A stretch of 64,000 nucleotides of DNA from Oopsacas minuta. Its lineage: Eukaryota; Animalia; Porifera. This document shows, in pieces, positions 47,293-60,433 of this stretch. The notes below the pieces were generated by a model. It had not been told where the DNA came from. It made no database searches and was given only the letters and a program-made list of their open reading frames with translations. Every line of letters starts with the position of its first letter. Position 1 is the first letter of the stretch. The stretch spans positions 243,450 through 307,449 of the forward strand of contig JAKMXF010000329.1 in the NCBI GenBank assembly GCA_024704765.1, in the 5' to 3' direction. The position numbers were made by a program, and so were the translations under genes.

Positions 47293-49556
47293 CAGGCTTG
47301 TCCAACCTACGGCCCGCGGGCCACAATCCGGCCCACAAACATGCTCGGGAACTGTTACTAGTTGGTGGCGATATTTAATTGAGTGAAACCAATTTCAGAA
47401 AAGTGTGATTTCAATAACTTAAAAATCCTTAAATAAATTTTTTAATTTAGTTTTGATCGAGTAATTATCTGTCACATAACTGGGTTTCTCTCAACTGGAA
47501 CAGCTCATATAAATTCCAAATAATAAACCATCTTAAACAATATTAAAATAACTACAAAACAAATATGTCAACTCCCGTGATTAAAGCAAAGAAAAGGAAA
47601 TTGATAGTGAATGTCGAGTTTTCAAATCCTCATGGACATTAGATTTTTCGTCGTAGACACAACGAACACTTATTGTGCTTGGTATGTTAGGAGAAGATAG
47701 CTGTCTTCAAAGAGTATAATATCAAACGACATTACTCCACTAAACATGCACATACATTTGACATGCATACAGGTCAGGTGAGAATCGATCGGGTGAACCT
47801 GTTGAAGGATAGCATCAACAATCAACACTCTTTCTTCAAAGCCGTTAAATTAAGTTCTGAGACAGCAACAAAGATCAGCTTTCTGATAACAGAAGCGATA
47901 GCCAAGAGTGGAAAACCATTGTCTGAAGGGGAATTTATAAAAGACTGCTTAGACATATTTGCATCTGTGGCATGCCCAGATAAGAAGTCGATAGTAGAGA
48001 GCATAAGTCTGTCACATCAGACTGTTGCTAGAAGAGTAGATGATTTATCATCCAACATTGAAATTTCATTAATTAAACGACCCAATGATTGCAAATTTTA
48101 CAGCTTGGCCCTTGATGAAAGTACCGATGTAAGCGACACAGCTCAACTGGCAATCTTTGTACATGGTGTCATAGAAAATTTCGAAATAATCGAGGAACTG
48201 CTCGACTTATGTCCAATGAAAGACACAACTACAGGGCAAGATATTTTAAATGTAGTAAAACATGTGTTTACGAAATTCAAACTTGCAGATGAAAAACTAA
48301 GTGGTTTGACAACCGATGGAGCCCCTGCTATGACAAGAAAGCATAAAGGCTTTGTTAGCCTTATGCTCAAATCAATGACCTCTCCTGTTATGGCATACCA
48401 CTTCATTATTCATCAAGAACAGCTTTGTGCAAAAACCTTAGATATGAAACATGTGATGGAAAATGTCGTCAATACAGTCAATTTCATAAGGTCGAAGCGA
48501 CTCAATCACAGACAATTCCAAGAGTTTCTTGCAGAGGTAGGATCAGACTATAACGGTGTTATTTACTTTAGCCAAGTTCGCTGGCTCAGCAGGGCTTCTA
48601 CTCTAGCCAGATACTGGTCACTACTTGAAGAAATAAAAACATTCATGACCATTAAGGGAAAGGATGTGAGCTTTCTGGATGATGATCAGTGGTTGAATGA
48701 TCTCGCATTTCTAGTTGACATAACTAAGTATCTCGCAGATTCAAATCTGAAACTACAAGGAAGAAAACAATTCATTAACAACCTGTATGAGCATGTCAAA
48801 GCGTTCATCAAACAAATTACAATTATTCCACCAACAATATATTTTGAAAAAGGTGGTACATTTCTCAACATTATCTTCAAGAACAAGTGAGACAGTGAAC
48901 CATGACAAGTATTGTGCACTGATCAATAGCTTAATCGATGAATTTAAACTAAGATTTTCTGATTTTAGTGACAAATTCGATGAAATGGAGTTGTTTGCAG
49001 ATCCGTTTGGAACTGATGCCACTAATGCACCTGAAATGTTCCAACTGCAACTAATTGAAATACAAAATAACTCGAAAGAAAGAGAGCTTTTGCAGAGCAT
49101 GACCTTCTGACACTTTATGATAAATATGTTACATCGGATCTATTTCCTAATTTATCGCAACACGCCCTTATGTTCCTTTCCTTATTTGGCAGCACGTATT
49201 GCTGTGAACAGCTTTTCTCAATGATGATAAATGTTAAAAGCAAGTCTAGATCACTCCTGACAGGCACTCATCTATCAGGAATATTACGGATTGCGACATC
49301 AAGTGTACAAGCAGATATTGACTCTTTGTGTAAACAAAAACAAAGTCAGATATCCCATTAGATATGTTCTTTATCATTAAAGTTTATTAGAATTTAATAA
49401 TACATGTAGTGATTCTTCAATTCTGAAATAATCCGTATTAACGCAATCCCCAAATAAATAACATCATGCTACCTTGATATCTCCAATGTCGCGCGGCCCT
49501 CAAGTAGCTAAAGAAGCCTCATTTGGCCCGCGAACAAAAAAGGTTGGACAAGCCTG
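47293..49556 (+). mobile_element. hAT (SPIN/GTF2IRD2-like) transposon, near full length
   Basis: 16-bp TIR CAGGCTTGTCCAACCT; perfect 8-bp TSD ATCTAAAC (47285-47292 and 49557-49564); transposase 47565-49361 with several frameshifts (ALDESTDVSDTAQL, TTDGAPAM, VRWLSR, FGSTYCCEQLFS). Confidence 0.95.
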
Positions 49557-50520
49557 ATCTAAACCTTTCGAAATATTACCTAGGTTCGTCCGGACAAGTC
49601 TTATTCATCATTGACATCACAACTGGTTCATCAACTGGCCAAAATATTCCGGTTGCCAAAAATCAACATTTTAGTATTTTAAGTTTCAATCAATTCCGAA
49701 CATCCTAAAGATACTTTTATGTATATATACATACCCATGGATTAAACACATTTTGTTGCATACATAGATATTTGGCTAGGCGTTTCTGGATTATTGGGAA
49801 AATATGTATCAATTTAGTCTGAGAGATGTGAACAAATACCGCCAATGCACGCGATACAGCCTTAAGGATACGTAATACGATGGAACGAATTCTATATGAT
49901 ATCTATATTGTCTAAAGTTTGCTTGTTGAAGCAAATAATTGTTTCTTATTTGTAAAACAACAAAGTTTTCTATCATTATATGGGAAAATTTCAAATATGT
50001 GTCTAAATTTTGTCTAGGAAGCATCTTTGTTAAACTGTCATTCATCGATTTCTCATATAACTTAAAATACTGCATCTTTCCTTTCAAAGTGAATAGTTGA
50101 AATAAAAGATACTTTTATACAAAATACCTAAAATGGCTTGTTCCTGAGTTACAGTAAAGAGCATGGATTACACATTATTGTGTGTGTCCAATTATAACTC
50201 GAAAATCGCAAGAATTATTATCCAATCAGGATAGCCAAGTTATATAAAATACGCGACTTCCAATGCCAATTGTAAATAGTTTGATATGATATCTCTGATA
50301 ATTGCGAAAACTTGAAAATGATCATATATGGACCTATCCAATTGCGTCCCAATTGTAGGAAATGTTATCTTGAAATGTGTATTCGAGAATATGCGCCTGA
50401 AGCTGCCGTACAGACTAGGAAGTTACTTTCGAAGTTAAGTTCGAAATTAATACTTAAATACTAAGTTCGAGCTTAAACAAATGGAGCCGGGAAAATGTGT
50501 GATTTTATGACTTTAATAAG

Positions 50521-50612
50521 GTGCTTAAATCTCGATTTGAGTTCAGGAATTGGTAAAAAAGATTAAAGTGTTCCGTATTTACTAACGTAACACTTCGGCC
50601 GTATTCTGTTAA
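50521..50612 (+). repeat. Interspersed repeat end, related copy at 55881-55984
   Basis: Shared GTGC.TAAATCTCGATTT...GGAATTGGT.AAA...GTGTTCC...CACTTCGGCCGTA.TC.GTTAA. Confidence 0.55.
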
Positions 50613-52558
50613 GTAGTATTCACTATGATTTATGTTCTTAATCAAGTTCAAACTTAAGTACGCACTTGGAATCATCTAACAAGGTTCCTTAAGCAAAAAT
50701 TTACAGGTTATTGTCATGTCTGACATATAGTAGACTAGTCTACTAGCTACAAGTTATCAATGAATTTCACTAACATAAATAGAAGTTCCAATTCTAGAGT
50801 CTATTATCAAACAAATTATACTCGACCTTCCCACGAGTATCAATAAATTCATTCAAACTAGCATATAATCTAGCATAACAGATCGTGTACCACTAATTTA
50901 TTAGAAGCTTTGGCTGAGTGAAGTATACACAGAAGAGGGCGGAGTAGTTCAATTTATCAAATGATAAGAAGTGGGCATTTCTCAAAGAGATAAATCAATT
51001 TGAGGTATTATACATCAGTGTATAGTAAATAAGCGGCAATAAAACAACTGACCAAGTTAGAAAATGTGTATGGTCCAAAGTTGATAATTATGACGCCACC
51101 CCAACACTGTGAAACTCCGAAAAGAGTACTTATGGTTAAAGTCGTTAGACTAGATTGCAAGACTAGCCTTAAATGAAATAAATATGCAAATCATGGAGTC
51201 TAGTAAGTTTACTGTGGATTTTGGTGAAGTTTCCATCATCTGTGTAAGAGATTACAATAAATTCAGGCGTGTCGCAGATAGACTCTTTACTTAGAAAATA
51301 TAAAATTTATTCATTATGAGACACTTAGACGATGTACCATATGCTACCGCACTAACAAATTTGAGAAAAACTTTCGACTGCCAACGATTTTAATTGTTCG
51401 AGAGTCGTCCTGTAAAAGTAAATTTCGACATGATTCCGGACAATGCTCTAAATCTGCTCCCAATGAATGTATCAGTTGATCATAAACTATAAAATTTTCT
51501 GGGATTCAGGGAATAGATAACTCTGAAAACTTAAGATACAAGCTCGTTATTTGATGCCCATGAAGGTCAATACTGATTATGGATTGACAATTGTGCTACT
51601 GGTATACAGCGTGAATCGATTTCGGTATCAGAAGTGACAATTGGCAGTAGATATAGTAAGGTTTGGATTGAGTTTGATAGTGGTAATGTTAGAACTCAAC
51701 ACAAAAGATACATAAGGTGCTTATTGCTGATAGGTCTATCCCGCATAACAGAAAATTTCTTGAAATGGCATCTCGAAAGGCCCAGCGTGGCTAATAATAG
51801 CGTTTTAGTAAAATAATTCCCGTTTACATTTGCACATATCTTCATAGAAATATATGCTCATATCGTTTCATTTTAGCCTTAAGGCATAGTTATTTACATA
51901 CTTATGAATGATGAGTTGACAAAAGAATTATCCTGAACTTCCCGAAACGTCACTTTTTCTGAAATTCTCCTAAATCTTGAGAGAACAAGGTCACTCTGAC
52001 AAATAAGACGAAACAGAATACTTTTTGTCTTGTCTTTAAAGTTATACTCCTGAAGTATTTGTTTCGGGATTCGATGCATTCTTCATTCAATGATTTCTTC
52101 CCGAAATCAACATTATAACCAGAATGAATGCGTGATTCTTGCCAGGGAAGGTTGTCACTATATATTGATATGTCCCTTGTAAAACAGTTCTACTTTAGCA
52201 TATCAACTTTTGAACTGCAAATGAATACCAGTAAGTCACAAATAGTTTCTTCCGAATAAAGCCATTGATGATCTAGTGAAATCCATTTCATCAAGGAAAC
52301 AGGATTGTGATGTATTTTCTGAGGTGTTGGAACCTCCATCGCACGAAGGAAGATCTATATGGAACCAAATTATCTGCATTAAGAGATTTCACAATTGAGT
52401 AATTGAAGTTTTAACCGAAGGAGAGGTAGAATTCCATTTTTATGGGGAGCATTTAGGTGATAGTATATAACACCAACCACCTAAAGACGCACGAATAGCA
52501 ATGGAGTGGGCAAACATCAACTCTGCTTTTTAACATAGAAAATTAGTCGTAGCTATGT

Positions 52559-55495
52559 CAGTGGCGTAACTAGCGCTTGGTGGCCCCTGGACAAATAAAA
52601 TTTTAAGTCCTCCCCCATTTCGTAGACAATTGTTTTCTAAGCATCAAACCTCAACTTAAAATATGAATCATAATTTTTGTAATACTAAATTTGACTAATC
52701 CATGTGTATCTATATTCAATATACGTAGGTTGAAACATAAAATAAACAGAGCTTTACAAAAGGATTTAGAAAGTTCTTCTCCGAAATTTTGCTTGAGCGA
52801 ATGTGCTGATTACTTCATCGATATCTATCTTCTTGGATTCTTCAGCTTCTATAGATAACAGTGCTAATCCGTCAAGTCTAGCCTGCGAAATAGTTGAACA
52901 TATATAAGTTTTTATAATCTTAAGTTTGGAGAATGTGCGCTCTGCCGAAGAGACGGTCACAGGTAAAACAAGGAACAGGGCACAGGCAGTAGCCAATTCA
53001 GGCATGGACGAAATTATTCCCGAAGATATTAGTTACTTTAAAATATCCAACACAGTCTTAGAATCACTCTCTATCTCTTTCAGGAACTCATGCCTGAACT
53101 TCACAATTCTGATACTAAATCATTACTAAGATCAGTTTTATACACTTCGAGAAGCTGATAAACAGCTTGTTCTAATCCACTATTGGATGATTTAGTGATT
53201 ATGGAGGGATTTAACAAGCTAAAAAATATCAGTCACCAATTTTTGTCCCTTAAATCGAATTTTGAGTTGTCTAAGTGCTGTATCAACTATGGTATTAAAA
53301 ACATTAAGTCGGAATTTGCTAGCGGGTTCATGAAGACGTTGATCAATTGTTAACTCGCTGAAAAACTTCTTGTTTGGTGTGAACCTTACCGTTCTAAAAC
53401 CCTGGAGTTATATTCCATCGAGTAGCTAAAATATCTGCAGATGAAAGTATACTTTCCAAGACTCGCGTAAATAGAACAATTCTCTGAACGCCATTGACAA
53501 AAGGGTAGTTGCTGAAGACAAGTCAACTGTGTTTGTTTGCAATTTTACTGATGCATTATTTATCGCTATTAATACGCGTTCCCAAAATATAATGAAGACT
53601 ATGAACTCATAAGTTTCCATCATTTTTTTCAGACCTATTGACTCAGTTCGTTCCATTGGATATTTACTTTCAAGGGAGATTCTGGTTAGGACTTACAATA
53701 TGTCAACATACCTATCCCTAACAACCTTTAAAGAATCCACCCGTGATGACCATCTCGTTGGACACAATTTTTTTAATCCAATTTTTAATATTTTCTTCTA
53801 ATAAGGCAAGTTCAGCCCATCGTTTTAAACTACGTCCAAAAAAGTTAAAAATTTCGACTAATAAGTCAAAAAACTACTACCAGCTCTAGTTACCCCTACA
53901 GCATCATCAATACTAAGTTTAAATTGTGTGAAGCACAATGCACAAAAGATACGGGCGTATCTATCCCAAGACTTTTTAAATGCTCTTTCATTAGTTCTGA
54001 ACACCCCCTTTCGGGCCACTCATAACGCTTGCACCGTCATATCCTTGACCTCTGATTTTTTTAATATCTAAACCAAATTCAGATATTGAGTTTAGGACAA
54101 CCTTTAATAGACCACTAGTCGATGCATCAGTGATGAAAATGAATCCTATAAATGTTTCTTTTACAATAGGGAACTCATTAGAAATATCAAGCAACATAAT
54201 AATAATTGTTACCTGATCAGTTTTTGTAATATCACTCGTAGTATCTACAATGACAGAATAAAAAGTAGATCTCATCATGTTTGAAAGAAGACTTGCACGA
54301 ACAGATCGTGAAAGAAGTAGAATTAGTTCATTTTGAATGCTTGGACTCAGGTACTTTATAACTCTACTAGGATAATTCAAAAGTTATTGAAAGAAGAGGA
54401 TCAAATTTCGCCTGCAATTCCACAAGAGCTAAGAAATTACCACCAATACAATTACCATCAGAAATATACTCACTGTGCGCACGAAATGGAAGCGAGAGAG
54501 ATGCTAGCGTATGTATAATGTTAACAATCCGGTGTAGAATCTTCCTCCAATAATTTACCTCATTTCTAAAGCCTATCTCCAGAGATTGGTCTAGCCTCTC
54601 TCCGCCTTTCCAACGATGCAAAACTGCAGTTGCACTTATATGAATATCACATGTTTCATGGATCCGTATTTTTTCACACAAATGTCTCGAAGAACCAGTA
54701 ATTCCATTAATCCTACTCCATTGGAGACGAGCGTTTGAACGATCAGCGAAGAGCCAGCATGTTTGACAATAATGTCGTTTTAACTTGGGAGAATAGCAGA
54801 GCCAATCTCTAGTAATTATCATCCCTCCTTTCGAAATTATAGTGTAATGTTTTGCGCTAAAAACAGGACGTCCATCTTTCTCAGATTCTGGAAAAGGTCC
54901 ATTTGGGTGACAACTTCCGTAGGCCAGAATTTCTCATTTTAAAACTGTTGAAGCTATTGTAAATGGGAAATAAGCACGATCAGTGGGATAGTCACAATCT
55001 AAACTAACTGAAATTTCTACATCATTTTGTGTAGCAGGGATATTCTCATCAATATGTCGTTCCTCATTTTCATCTGCCATTGTATCTTTGGTAATAGTTA
55101 TTTCTTCATCTAACAATCCAGAAGTTTGGCCCAGATCGATTTCAATACTATTTTCACTCGGCATTTCCTGAGCTACGCTGAGACCGGGAGTCATAAATTA
55201 GCTAATGGAGTGAGTGTTGCCTACTGCTGCAGCATCTCTGGACTTCTTCTTTTCCCGCTTCTTATATCCTGATTCAAAAGTACGCTTCATATCGAGATGA
55301 AATTAAACAAATAAAACAACGAAACACACTATAATATATATATTGAACAACTATGGTAAAACTGCGATTAGCGAAGGGCTTGACTTATAAAACTAATTCT
55401 CGCTGTACATTCTTATAATTGATAATATTTTTTAACTCTTCTCCGGAACTCTTCGAGGCCTCTGGACTTTGTCCACCATAGTAGTTACGCCCCTG
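52559..55495 (-). mobile_element. hAT (Tip100/ZMYM1-like) transposon
   Basis: TIRs CAGTGGCGTAACTAG / GTAGTTACGCCCCTG; TSD AGCTATGT / AGCTAGGT (7 of 8); broken transposase 55290-52766 with WLCYS...YCQTCWLF, VDTTSDIT..DQ, GQGYDGASVMSG, LPVTVSSAERTFSKLKIIK. Confidence 0.93.
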
Positions 55496-56571
55496 AGCTA
55501 GGTGTATCACGTTGCACAAATGGTTACAGTATTGGTAATTTAATAACTATCTAATAAAATTAATAATTAAATTGAGGTTCAAGAAAATAACATTCGGGAT
55601 ATATTATCTCCAAGAACATTGTAAAATACTAAGTGTCATAATTCAGGCCACATATCCACTAATTCCTAAATATAAACTGGGTATTAAAATTTTACACACG
55701 GTAGGGACAAATTGGCTGAATTGGTGACAGTGAAATTCAAACTAGTACAAATCAATTTGGATCAATTAGGTCATGTTTTTGAATAACCCCAAAGTATCTC
55801 AAAACGCTCCGTTAACTCCATTTACTAAAATGTTTAACCGAATACTTCCGAGAAAATGTTCCATCTTATATCATCAAAAAGTGCATAAATCTCGATTTAG
55901 GTGCGGGAATTGGTTAAAACGAACTAGTAAAATTAACGTGTTCCTATTCGTTACGAAAGTACCACTTCGGCCGTAATCGGTTAATGAAGTTAAGATGCAT
56001 GTGTAGGTTTTCAAATCTTCAAATAGTGTTGGATAATGAAGTTATAAACAAAATCATTTTGCAATTCAAGAGTTGTTGCATAAACATATAGCAATAAAAG
56101 TATTAAATAATACCTCAGAAAGTGATTCTGAATCATTTTTAGTTGTATACTCTAAATTAAAAGAACGTTGAAAAGGAATATCAGTATGATGATCATAAGA
56201 ACTATCCGAAGAATGGTGGCTTGATCTGTACAAATTATCTGAAATTCTAATCTCAACCATAAATCCTTGAAATAATTTGGGAATAAGAAATTAGATAATA
56301 TGATTCAGGGAAGATATAAGTACAGAATGTGGAACAATCATTCATATGATGTACAGCCTCTGTAAGTGGGGAACCTCTTTAGCATGGGAGTTGGGAATGG
56401 GGCATATTTTAGAGACAATTATACCTCACACCATTGTAATTTACATTTATAAGTGAGGAATAAAAGATAAATTTCTAGAATAATCAATTAGTGTGCTAAA
56501 TTAGGAGAAACTACATATTAATCGCTATGATGATTGAAATCATTTGGGTTTCCAATTCAACCAACAACCCT

Positions 56572-56750
56572 AGGCAGGGCTCTCAATTCTCACAATCTCG
56601 TCAAGAGTCTCACGATTTTGGGACTACAAATATTACAGGATCCCTGGTCTTTTCACGGAAAACTAATAGTAAATTGCACATCTCAAGATTGAATCCTGAG
56701 ATTTTTAACGAATCTCACGATTTGAAGTTTGCAGGTTGAGAGCCCTGCCT
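56572..56750. mobile_element. MITE (~180 bp)
   Basis: 15-bp TIR AGGCAGGGCTCTCAA / TTGAGAGCCCTGCCT; internal repeated TCTCAC/TCTCAA motifs; TSD ambiguous. Confidence 0.7.
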
Positions 56751-56946
56751 TAGGATATTATAATAATCAAATATCATTTTAAAGACCCTCGTTGGAGGAG
56801 GTGACAACACAAATTGACTGAAAAAATCTCTGGTAAAAAGATGTCTGCATTTGAAAACATAAAAAGCAGATGGGAGTTACCAGATGATTATCGGTCCCGA
56901 ACGCCACCAAATATAGAGGTTCTACCTTATAGTACTTCTCAAATAT

Positions 56947-57012
56947 TCAAATAGAATTAGTGCTGCATGGAATGGGCTAGCCATGTATATAGTAGGCCAT
57001 AGTTTATCCTTC
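56947..57012 (+). mobile_element. Possible LINE (CR1/L2-like) 3' ORF fragment
   Basis: SNRISAAWNGLAMYIVGHSL resembles the FSNR....WN.LP..+V tail; very short. Confidence 0.25.
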
Positions 57013-58045
57013 CTGACTAGTATAGATATACCCTCCCTGATACTAGGGGATTACCGAGGTATATCTCCGGGGTTTAGCCTACCAAATCAGGGGTGAAACA
57101 TCCTGGCTCAAATCTTCCCACATTCGGAGCATATGACTCGGTCCCTCCACTTTTCAAAAATGGAGGGCCTGCGTCACCCTCTTAATGCCGCCTATGTTTC
57201 CATCAAGCAACCTCAATTCCTTCACTATTCAATGAGTCTGCTGCTATGCTCTTACAAGTCTTATCACTGCGCAGTATACTTTTCATAAACATTTTACTTG
57301 ATATTATTTCCATAAAAATTAAATCGGCGAATTTCCATTCAAATTGGAATTACATATGATTCTTGCCTTTGTACTTAATGTTTATTCATATATGTATCAC
57401 CCAAATTGGTTTCACTAAATTTTTATGTCGCTCAAATAACTTCGCTGAAATGGGTATTATGGATTAGGCCAAGTAAATAAACTACTTGTTTCACAGCCAG
57501 AATTTCCTCATGAAATACAAGTATATTACTTGACATGGCCTTAGCAGTAGTTTTAAGCATTAATAACTCATAATAAAAAAATTAATTTAACATGTCAATC
57601 TATATATTGCAATATATTCTATCAAATAACAAAAATTTTGCAAGCATTAGCATGATAATTAATATTCGGAATATCTTAAGTATGAATTGTAGGCGATTTC
57701 ATCTTTGCCCATTTCTCAATAATTCCTAACAAGCTTTAAGGAATATACCACTGAAATATGTTCATCTATTGGACAAGCGTAGACTATGCATTCGTTACGG
57801 GAGTCTTGGTATAATGTTGATACACATATAGAGTTGAGGTGAAAACCGCGAGCCTCTGGCATGCTACATACTCCTGGATAACACTAGATTTCTATAAACA
57901 AAACAAGTCAGCTGCGGTGGCCTCCTCCTTCCCCTTACAGCCACCCCCTAACGCTAAGCGTTTAACGTTAACCTCACCTTGTTTATGTGTGCAGTGTAGG
58001 AGCGAGTTTCTCATGTAGTTGGGTTAAGTAGGTATTATTGACAGG

Positions 58046-58130
58046 GGAGTCCGACATTTCGTCACACGACATTTGGTCACACGACATTTCGTTACTTATT
58101 TGATTGGTCAAGTTTAATAATTATTTTAAT
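58046..58130 (+). mobile_element. Orphan MULE-type TIR related to element C
   Basis: GGAGTCCGACATTTCGTCACACGACATTTGGTCACACGACATTTCG...TTGATTGGTCAA. Confidence 0.6.
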
Positions 58131-58246
58131 CAAATTTTAAAGTAGTTTAACGAATTGAAAATAAATAAAGTACTCGATATCAATATACAATTGTAAGTAG
58201 AGTTAAATAATACTCCTAAATTGTTCTTGAAATAAGGAATCGATAA

Positions 58247-59687
58247 CACAGGTCAACAAAAATTTAACTTCATTTTCTCATCAAGTATTAGATAGACATT
58301 TTCTAAGCTAGTTTTTACGCTGAATTCAAATCTGCTTTCAGATTCTTTCCAGCACGTCCTGTTTTTTTTTTTCCATCTACAAGTCAACGATTTTTATGTA
58401 TTTCCTAAATTTTTCCTGTTATTTTATGGTAGTGGCTGTCTTTTTGTCTTCTTACATGATAGCCATCTGAAATAAATCAACGTTTCGATGTTTCAGATTG
58501 ATGCCAAGATAATATCAGTTATTGTCCTAGCTCTTACATATAATTATTCACATTCATGCATGTATCAACTACTCACAAACTAAGGGGAAATATATATCCA
58601 TCTAGAAGTATAAAGGTAGCTAACTAAATTAAAAGTGTTGAGAGTACGACTTCCTTTTATATATCTTGTTGGGATTATCTCTGAAAAGCCTCCAACAGTA
58701 ATCGGACATCATGTCCTCATTCCAGAAACCTTGGTATCGGGTTTCCATCTCCTGTATGTCTTGGTGGAATCTCTCACCCTGTTCATCACTTACAGCACCA
58801 AGGTTCTCAGGGAAAAAATCAAGGTGAGAGTGCAAGAAGTGAAGTTTTAGCGACATGCGACAGCCCATCTTCTCGTATGCGTTAAGCAAGGTTTCCACTC
58901 CCTCTCTGTAGTTGGACGACTTCTTGTTGCCCAAAAAGTTTTCACAAACCCATTTGAAAGAATTCCAAGCACTCATTTCTAATTCGGATAATGTCTTCTC
59001 GAAATCTGGATCTCTGAATACTTGTCTGATTTGTGGTCCTACAAATACTCCCTCTTTTAACTTTGCCTCGCTTAGTTTTGGAAATTTGCCTACCAAATGC
59101 AGAAATCTTGCTGAATTTGTTTTGCCCATTGTTTTAACGAATGTTTTCATTAATCCAAGTTTAATATGAAGTGGGGGGTAAGAAAACTTTGTTTGGATCG
59201 ACTAATGGCGAATGCTGTAAATTGGTTTTCCCCACTTCATAGGTTCTCTTCGGCCAATCACATTTTTTATAATGTTCACCTTAAGATCACCGCAGATATT
59301 CCATATATGTGTTCTATACTGTATTGCCTCCAAAACTTCCTGCAAATTGACGAAGGTTTCTTTGAGATAGACGGAGTGAGCAATTGGAACGCCAGGCTTT
59401 AGATTTCCGTTATGCAACAGAACAGCTTTCAAACTGCGTTTTGACGAGTCGATGAAAAGGCGTCAATCAGAGGAAGTCATTTATATTCCAGATAATTGAA
59501 TCAAAATAGGCATGCTCATATAGCCTTTTAGTAACTAGGTAATACTATACTATTGAAAAAATGGATATTGGATTTCAGAATAACTAGACGTGCTAGAGAA
59601 ATTCTGATTGCAGATTCGAGTTCAACATTCAAAAGTATGCCAAGATAAATGTATGTGATCTCTGATGAGGAATCTTGTTGAGTTGTG
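58247..59687 (-). mobile_element. Chapaev3-like (CMC superfamily) internally deleted element
   Basis: Termini CACAGGTCAACAA / TTGTTGAGTTGTG; TAA on both flanks (3-bp TSD); RLFIDSSKRSLKAVLLHNGN, ICGDLKV, KFPKLSEAKLKEGVFVGPQIR, SLKLHFLHSHLDFFPENLGAVSDEQGERFHQDI; N-terminus absent. Confidence 0.8.
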
Positions 59688-59762
59688 TAAGAATAGAGGA
59701 ATTTCAAAGTATCAACTGTGAATTTCTAAGGTCAAACTTGTATAGTTTCCCTGATAGATAAC

Positions 59763-59895
59763 ATGCTCTGACCAAGATAGATGAAAGTTATTATAGGATT
59801 CGTATATATACTTCATCATGAGCAGTATATTACAGCTCATGATGAAACATATTTACGAATCCTAAAATAACTTTCATCTATCTTAGTCAGAGCAT
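59763..59895. repeat. 133-bp foldback palindrome
   Basis: 61-bp arms (59763-59823 and 59835-59895) with 5 mismatches and an 11-nt centre. Confidence 0.9.
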
Positions 59896-60433
59896 TTTAC
59901 TCTATTTTCAAAATTACAACGACAGCAATATTTTCTTGGAATTCAAGGTCGCTTCGCTTACCATGAACTAGTGGAGTGACCAATTGCTGGAGGCAAGCGT
60001 GAAAACGCCTTTTGGTGTACACAGTACTTCTATAGACCGTCAAAACTCCAGCATCAACTTTCCGGATATATTCGAAAAGTATTTATCTTGTATACCTGAC
60101 ATACCGTTTACGAAACACACCTAAGTTTGGGTGATACATATATCACGAAAACTTTGATCCTGCTCGACCGTTCAAGACGCGATTAATTAGTTCAAGTGTA
60201 TAAAGCTAGCAAACTACCCGTCGATTTCGACGGAATGTCATGAGCAGTACCTTAGTTAATTAGCAGTAGGAACAACTGAAATAACGCATCAGAAACTACG
60301 CAGAATTTCTAATTGGATGTACATGGCCCAATAGTAACTTAATATAATGTTGGAATATGAATTGGTACGGTCACTGACACTGAGGAACACTTGGGATTTT
60401 GTATAGGACTATTCATGGTATAACGATATGCTT

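Noticed and set aside
48686-49110. Overlapping antisense ORFs over transposases (also 13143-13355, 19140-19781, 44191-44511, 60957-61211)
   Set aside because: Shadow ORFs on the opposite strand or frame of transposase coding sequence.
51500-52500. Additional decayed gene(s) in 51.5-52.5 kb, and possible exon at 56066-56260
   Set aside because: Short open stretches with no motif I can recognise; cannot be supported without a search.
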